This document shows, piece by piece, positions 60,890 to 64,000 of a stretch of DNA of 64,000 bases. Below the pieces are notes generated by a model. It did not search any database. It saw only the letters and a list, made by a program, of their open reading frames with translations, and had not been told where the DNA came from. Position 1 is the first letter of the stretch. Each line of letters begins with the position of its first letter. The position numbers and the translations under genes are program-made. Source of the DNA: Octopus sinensis (taxonomy: Eukaryota). The stretch covers positions 54,932,001 through 54,996,000 of the forward strand of contig NC_043012.1 of the NCBI RefSeq assembly GCF_006345805.1, read 5' to 3'.

Positions 60890-62000
60890 CACCTCCAAGT
60901 AACTAAACTAGCTGGATTTATGATCAAATACGTTCCAACCGTGATCACCCGTCTTTTCGTTCGTCAGGAACTATATTATTATTATTGACATATATACATC
61001 GTGTGCTGTGTTTAAGACAGCTGATTGTGTCTTGAAGAAGATTTGACTGCTATTTTCAGCAATCGGATGTTGTCCTGGTTAGCTACTGATCTAAGAGTAG
61101 AACATATGATCTGTGATCAGAGCCATTCCAGCCGTGGTCATCTATTTAAAAAAATCTTTTTGTTATTGTTTAAACTTGTTTCGACTTCATAATGCAGTAT
61201 GCCCTTCCTTTTAAATATAATAGGGTATGATTTAAGGAAGATTTGGCTGCTCTTTTTCTGACGCTGTACAACCACGTAGAGGCTTGAATCTGTGTTGGCT
61301 TAACTATGTTATCGTAAATGTATTATTATTGTTGCCAGGAATCCCAGTTAGACATTTCTAGTCATACATCAACATTTCATTCATACGAAAAGAAGAGAAA
61401 ACGACAGCGTACATCGTTGATCCAATTTTCATTTCAACCAGTGTTTGTCTCGTTGAGCCGTACGTTAGCATTTATCGGGCTGGCTATATGATTAAAAGCA
61501 TTTCTAACCGTGACCATCCCATGAATTTTTTTTTTTGTATATTCATGATTATATTATCCAAAATGTAGTTTTGAAAAATGGTGGTTGGGAGCGATTCGAA
61601 GAGATTTTACTGTTATTTCTAGCGTCTCGATCGAAGATGTAGAGGCGCTCTTCGTTGGTTCGGAATCCTCAAATAGCGGGTTGTTGTTGTTTTTAGCCCC
61701 AGGTTAACCTTGATCAATTTGATTTGTGATCAGAAGCGTTCTAGCCGTGGTTATCTCATCTCTGCACATATTTATCCATTATTATGTGTATGTTCTTCGT
61801 TTCTCTCTGTCTGTCTCTAAACTCAATAGCATAGTGGATTTGAAAAGTCTTGGTTGCATTTTCTAGCGTATCCCTAGAATTGGTTTGTTTCAACTGCTTT
61901 TGTTGTTGTTGTTTTAACCCCAGGTCAATCTTGATCTAGTCAACATATGACCGAACGTATTCTAAGCCTGATCATCCTGTCTGTTACCTACGCGCAGAGT
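60890..62000 (+). repeat. Family F repeat, about five diverged units with CpGs retained
   Basis: TGAT(C/T)A..A.C.TTC.A.CCGTG..(C/T)A(T/C)C-like motif at about 60921, 61113, 61489, 61727 and 61948. Confidence 0.65.
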
Positions 62001-62742
62001 ATTCAACCAGTTCTTTTTAAAGACGTGGTTTCGAACCCCAGGATTTTGAATGGTCTGGTTACTCGATTATTTTCGAACTCCGCCCACGGTCCTCTAGTCA
62101 GTATTTACTTTTGTGTAGGCGTACCTTCAAGTTGGGAACCACAGTGCTTTTTCCAACGTGAACCGAAAAAAAAAAAAAAAGTTAGACAAGCGTGAGCGTG
62201 GCTGTGTGACAAGAACTTGGGACGATTTGACTTGGCAGAAGATTGTACTGGGCTTCAGTCTGTTTTGGCATAATTTTTACAGATGGATGCTCTTCCTAAT
62301 AGCAACCACTTTACAGAGTAGATTGGATTATTTTTACGTGGCACCAGCACTGGCAGGGTCACTAAGATCCTTTGGGAGGGAACGTGACACTGGAGGAGGT
62401 GACCTTGTGTCAGGTGATGAAAGGCTAGAGTGCAATGTGCAATAGAGAGACAGAAACAGGTGTCTTGCTGTAGAATAGATACATGGTTACCTGATCAGAG
62501 AGAGGAGAGAGAGAGAGAGAGAGAGGACAGAAACAGGTATATTGCTGTAATGGAGATACATGGTTACCCAATCAGAAGGCGAGAGCAAGAGAGAGATGGT
62601 GGCAAAGTGCCAGGGCATACCCTCAAAGTACAGGGGTCAGAATATCAATGGTAGGGTGGGTCGTTTAAGAATCCATAAGTCAGAAAAATAAATATGCACT
62701 TGTATATTTGTCAATAGAGTAGGTATATTAAAGTGTAAAGTA

Positions 62743-63295
62743 TGGCAGAATCGTTAGCACGCCGGGCGAAATGCTTAGCAGTATTTCGTCAGCCGCTACG
62801 TTCTGAGTTCAAATTCCACCGAGGTCGACTTTGCCTTTCATCCTTTCGAGGTCGATAAATTAAGTACCAGTTACGTACTGGGGTCGATATAATCGACTTA
62901 ATCCGTTTGTCTGTCCTTGTTTGTCCTCTCTGTGTTTAGCCCCTTGTGAGTAGTAAAGAAATAGGTATTTCGTCTGTCGCTAATGTTTTGAGTTCAAATT
63001 CCGCCGAGGTCGACTTTGCCTTTCATCCTTTCGAGGTCGATAAATTAAGTACCAGTTACGTACTGGGGTCGATATAATCGACTTAATCCGTTTGTCTGTC
63101 CTTGTTTGTCCTCTCTGTGTTTAGCCCCTTGTGAGTAGTAAAGAAATAGGTATTTCGTCTGTCGCTAATGTTTTGAGTTCAAATTCCGCCGAGGTCGACT
63201 TTGCCTTTCATCCTTTCGGGGTCGATAAATTAAGTACCAATCGACTAGCCCCCTCCCCCAAAATTTCGGGCCTTGTGCCTAGAGTAGAAAACATT
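62743..63295 (+). mobile_element. SINE-B with internal head-to-tail tandem of 184-185-bp units (2 full plus 1 partial)
   Basis: GTATTTCGTC unit starts at 62781, 62965 and 63150; single head and single terminal tail. Confidence 0.92.
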
Positions 63296-64000
63296 ATACA
63301 CCCATTACAGCCAATCTTATCAATTGGTTTTGCGTTAGGATTTCAATACAGTGTTAAGTAACATCCCAATTATGTAACCCTGTGCTCTTCAGAGATGGCA
63401 GCTATGGAATGAAATAGGACAATTGCTTTCTATTGTTGGAAATGAACAGACACATCTTGTTTGAGACAACTGTAAAAATGACGATGAAATGAACCAAAAG
63501 TTATTTTAAGAGTTATGTCCCTTGACACCAAAACACTATCTCTGGGAGTGTTCTAAGGCGATTGGAGTTTTCCAGAAAAGAGTGAATGGGAAATATGTGC
63601 ATGTTTTAGGGTTGGTAATCTTGTAGAGATGGAATATGTGCAGCATTTTGCCCCAAAGAATTTAACCAAAGTTTTAATCAAGACGTAAACAATAAACGTG
63701 CAAACAAACGCCCAGATGCTTACTCGACTGTTGAACATCCCTCTACCCTTTCTCGAGTTATAACGTTTTGTTTCTATGGTTGATGCCGAGTTACAAACAT
63801 ATCTAAATACTTTTTCCAATAAATTGTTCCAAATATCAAGCATGGCACAATATTTACTTCTCATGGGATTTCCATATTATTTTCCGTACAGTGTAGGGTG
63901 GGATTGCTGGTATCCACAAAGTGTGTGTGTGTGTTTCTGCCTCTCTTTCACGTTCTATTCTTTCATCATTTGACACAAGATCACCTCCTCCAATGCCCTC

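Noticed and set aside
63553-63973. 103-aa and 65-aa ORFs in unique sequence
   Set aside because: No recognisable domain or splice context; lengths are within chance expectation.

Overview
AT-rich, repeat-dominated eukaryotic DNA. No host protein-coding exon can be supported, so the window is intronic or intergenic. The repeat repertoire looks like an Octopus (coleoid cephalopod) genome; this is inference from recalled family features, not a database hit. Contents: (1) several 5'-truncated RTE-clade LINE copies (RT with YADD motif, a C4HC3 PHD-type finger right after it, a tandemly repeated 3' UTR and a (GAT)n tail) plus tail-only derivatives; (2) relics of Penelope-like (GIY-YIG), CR1/L2-like, L1/Tx1-like and mariner elements; (3) several tRNA-derived SINE families in many copies; (4) MITEs, including a pair carrying (TTAGGG)n; (5) very large compound microsatellites that explain most of the ORF track. 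Highlights: four hammerhead-ribozyme folds in four different repeat contexts. One has an intact core (6167-6217), one sits behind a tRNA-like Pol III head (35011-35318), and two core variants face each other at 56.6-56.9 kb. Also notable are a tandem array of putative compact H-type pseudoknots in the RTE 3' UTR, a SINE/LINE shared 3' stem-loop with compensatory changes, and an ~880-bp palindrome. All RNA structures were folded by eye and are untested.
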